From assembly GCA_017610175.1 (NCBI GenBank), contig JAFCCO010000012.1, forward strand, positions 1 to 47,499: a DNA stretch of 47,499 bases, read 5' to 3'. Numbering within the stretch: position 1 is the stretch's first letter; every line of letters begins with the position of its first letter. Below, in pieces: positions 46,081-47,499 of this stretch. Made by a program: the position numbers and the translations under genes. This DNA is from Candidatus Iainarchaeum sp. Its GTDB lineage: Archaea > Iainarchaeota > Iainarchaeia > Iainarchaeales > GCA-2688035. The notes under the pieces were generated by a model. That model searched no databases. It was not told the origin of the DNA and saw only the letters and a program-made list of their open reading frames with translations.

Positions 46081-47499
46081 ATGAAACGCGGTTTTACACT
46101 TAAAATTGCATTAATTGCAGCACTTTTCCTAGCCATGCTCACGCAGGTTTACGCCCCATCTTGGACAACAACAACCGCAACAGACTTCAACTCAGGCACA
46201 GGCTACGATTTGAATTATGTTAAGGTTCTTGCGGACGGAACGGTAATGCCAAGCGGTGAAATCCAAATCCCAAGTGCAGATTTGCCTGCAGGCGGGCTAA
46301 TTGGATATTGGAAACTTAACACAAACTCAGGGGCAGTGGCAGTTGACTCAAGCAGGCAGGGAAACAACGGAACCTGGACAAACGGAGCGGACAACAACAG
46401 CTTATGGTTCTTCGACCAGAATGCGGGGTTCTTTGACGGGGTTGATGATTATGTTGATATTAGCAGAAACACCTTACTAGAGCCTACAAGCACAATAAGT
46501 ATTGCTTTCTGGTTCAAAACAAGCCAAAATAATTTTCCAATCGTAAGCGCAGGATCAAGTGGATCAGGGGATGGAGCCAACCAAGGATATAGAATGGTGT
46601 TGGAAAGCACTACAGGCATTCATTTTGATATAGGAAACGGATCAAGCAATGACAGTATTAGAACTTCACTAGGAATGGATGACGGGCAATGGCACCAGGT
46701 TGTAGGAATTTATGATGACAGTACTAACAGATGGGAACTCTGGTTAGATGGAAATAAAGACACAGCAGTAACAGCAGACACAATAGGGGCTATTTCATAT
46801 GACGAAGTAAGCGGTTTGAATATAGGAAGAAAAAGCGCAGGAGTTTATTATCAAGGCCAGCTCGCTGAAGCCAAAATCTTCAACCGCGCGCTCAACGCGG
46901 AAGAAATCGCAAACGAGTACGCCCGCAACCTCGACGGAAACGGGCTTGTTGCATACTACAACTTCAACGATACAAACTCAAGCGGGAACGGAGTTTGGAA
47001 CCAGGTTAGCGAATACGTTATTGGCAGTGACGTTCTTTTGAGTGATGACACCACCGAAGATACGGGAGTAGATACCCTTAACACTTACCAAAAACTTAAG
47101 GAATTCACAATAACCCAGCCGATTAAATCCGGAACCACGCTGCGCACAACCTTCGGCCTTGCCTTAACAATTAGTACAGGCTGTTTTGCCTATGGAAAAA
47201 TTTACCGAAACGGGGCAGCAGTCGGAACAGAACAATCCGTAGAAAGCAGTGACTACTTCACATTTTCAGAAGACATCACAGGCTGGAGCAAAGGAGACAC
47301 AGTAGAACTCTGGGTTAAGGAAAACTGCGGATACCCTTTAGCTCTTCCAACCGCAAAAAACTTCAGAGTGCTTGGAAACATGAGCGAATCAGGCTCGCTT
47401 GTAAACGGCGCAGACATCAACGCATACGGGATGTGGGACTCGAATGCGGGATTCTTTGATGGAGTGGACGACAAAATGCTTATTGCGTCAAACGCAGTC
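46081..47499 (+). CDS. Large secreted LamG-like jelly-roll domain protein (3'-partial, runs off the window)
   Basis: Open frame from ATG 46081 to the end. Signal peptide, GLIGYWKLN, FDGVDDYV, FWFK, DGQWHQVVG, IFNRALNAEEI; a second LamG module starts at GLVAYYNFND. Confidence 0.9.
   Translation, partial: MKRGFTLKIALIAALFLAMLTQVYAPSWTTTTATDFNSGTGYDLNYVKVLADGTVMPSGEIQIPSADLPAGGLIGYWKLNTNSGAVAVDSSRQGNNGTWTNGADNNSLWFFDQNAGFFDGVDDYVDISRNTLLEPTSTISIAFWFKTSQNNFPIVSAGSSGSGDGANQGYRMVLESTTGIHFDIGNGSSNDSIRTSLGMDDGQWHQVVGIYDDSTNRWELWLDGNKDTAVTADTIGAISYDEVSGLNIGRKSAGVYYQGQLAEAKIFNRALNAEEIANEYARNLDGNGLVAYYNFNDTNSSGNGVWNQVSEYVIGSDVLLSDDTTEDTGVDTLNTYQKLKEFTITQPIKSGTTLRTTFGLALTISTGCFAYGKIYRNGAAVGTEQSVESSDYFTFSEDITGWSKGDTVELWVKENCGYPLALPTAKNFRVLGNMSESGSLVNGADINAYGMWDSNAGFFDGVDDKMLIASNAV

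Noticed and set aside
46380-47470. Repeat pair (about 46381-46449 and 47404-47472) as DGR template/variable repeats
   Set aside because: Differences are mostly synonymous rather than adenine-specific, both copies are in-frame domain repeats, and there is no reverse transcriptase in the window

Overview
This is a 47.5 kb archaeal chromosome segment. Gene content and style suggest a DPANN lineage, possibly Ca. Iainarchaeota/Diapherotrites; that assignment is inference. The core content is the exosome/proteasome superoperon (rpl15e ... Pop5, psmA, SBDS, rrp4/41/42, rpl37ae, rpoP, Pcc1, prefoldin beta, DHH), eIF5A with agmatinase, MCM, aIF2-beta, aIF1A, Sm, MinD, TtuA, ThiI-like, MetRS, asd, metX and three intron-less tRNAs (Val-GAC, Ala-GGC, Ser-CGA). 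There are also several secreted or surface proteins. The strongest novelty candidates are five. (1) An AT-rich segment at about 2.26-4.53 kb with a broken gene at each end, carrying a catalytically degenerate TyrRS-like protein fused to a C-terminal winged HTH and preceded by a palindromic operator. (2) A NYN-DUF2226-Roadblock-like-MinD cluster next to a Pro-rich/coiled-coil scaffold-like gene, a possible polarity or positioning module. (3) A candidate replication origin upstream of mcm. (4) Twin palindromic operators upstream of a Fic gene. (5) A LamG surface protein with an inserted virus-like domain. I found five small ORFs and two partial edge ORFs that the ORF track omits. All family assignments come from motif recognition by eye; no database searches were run.
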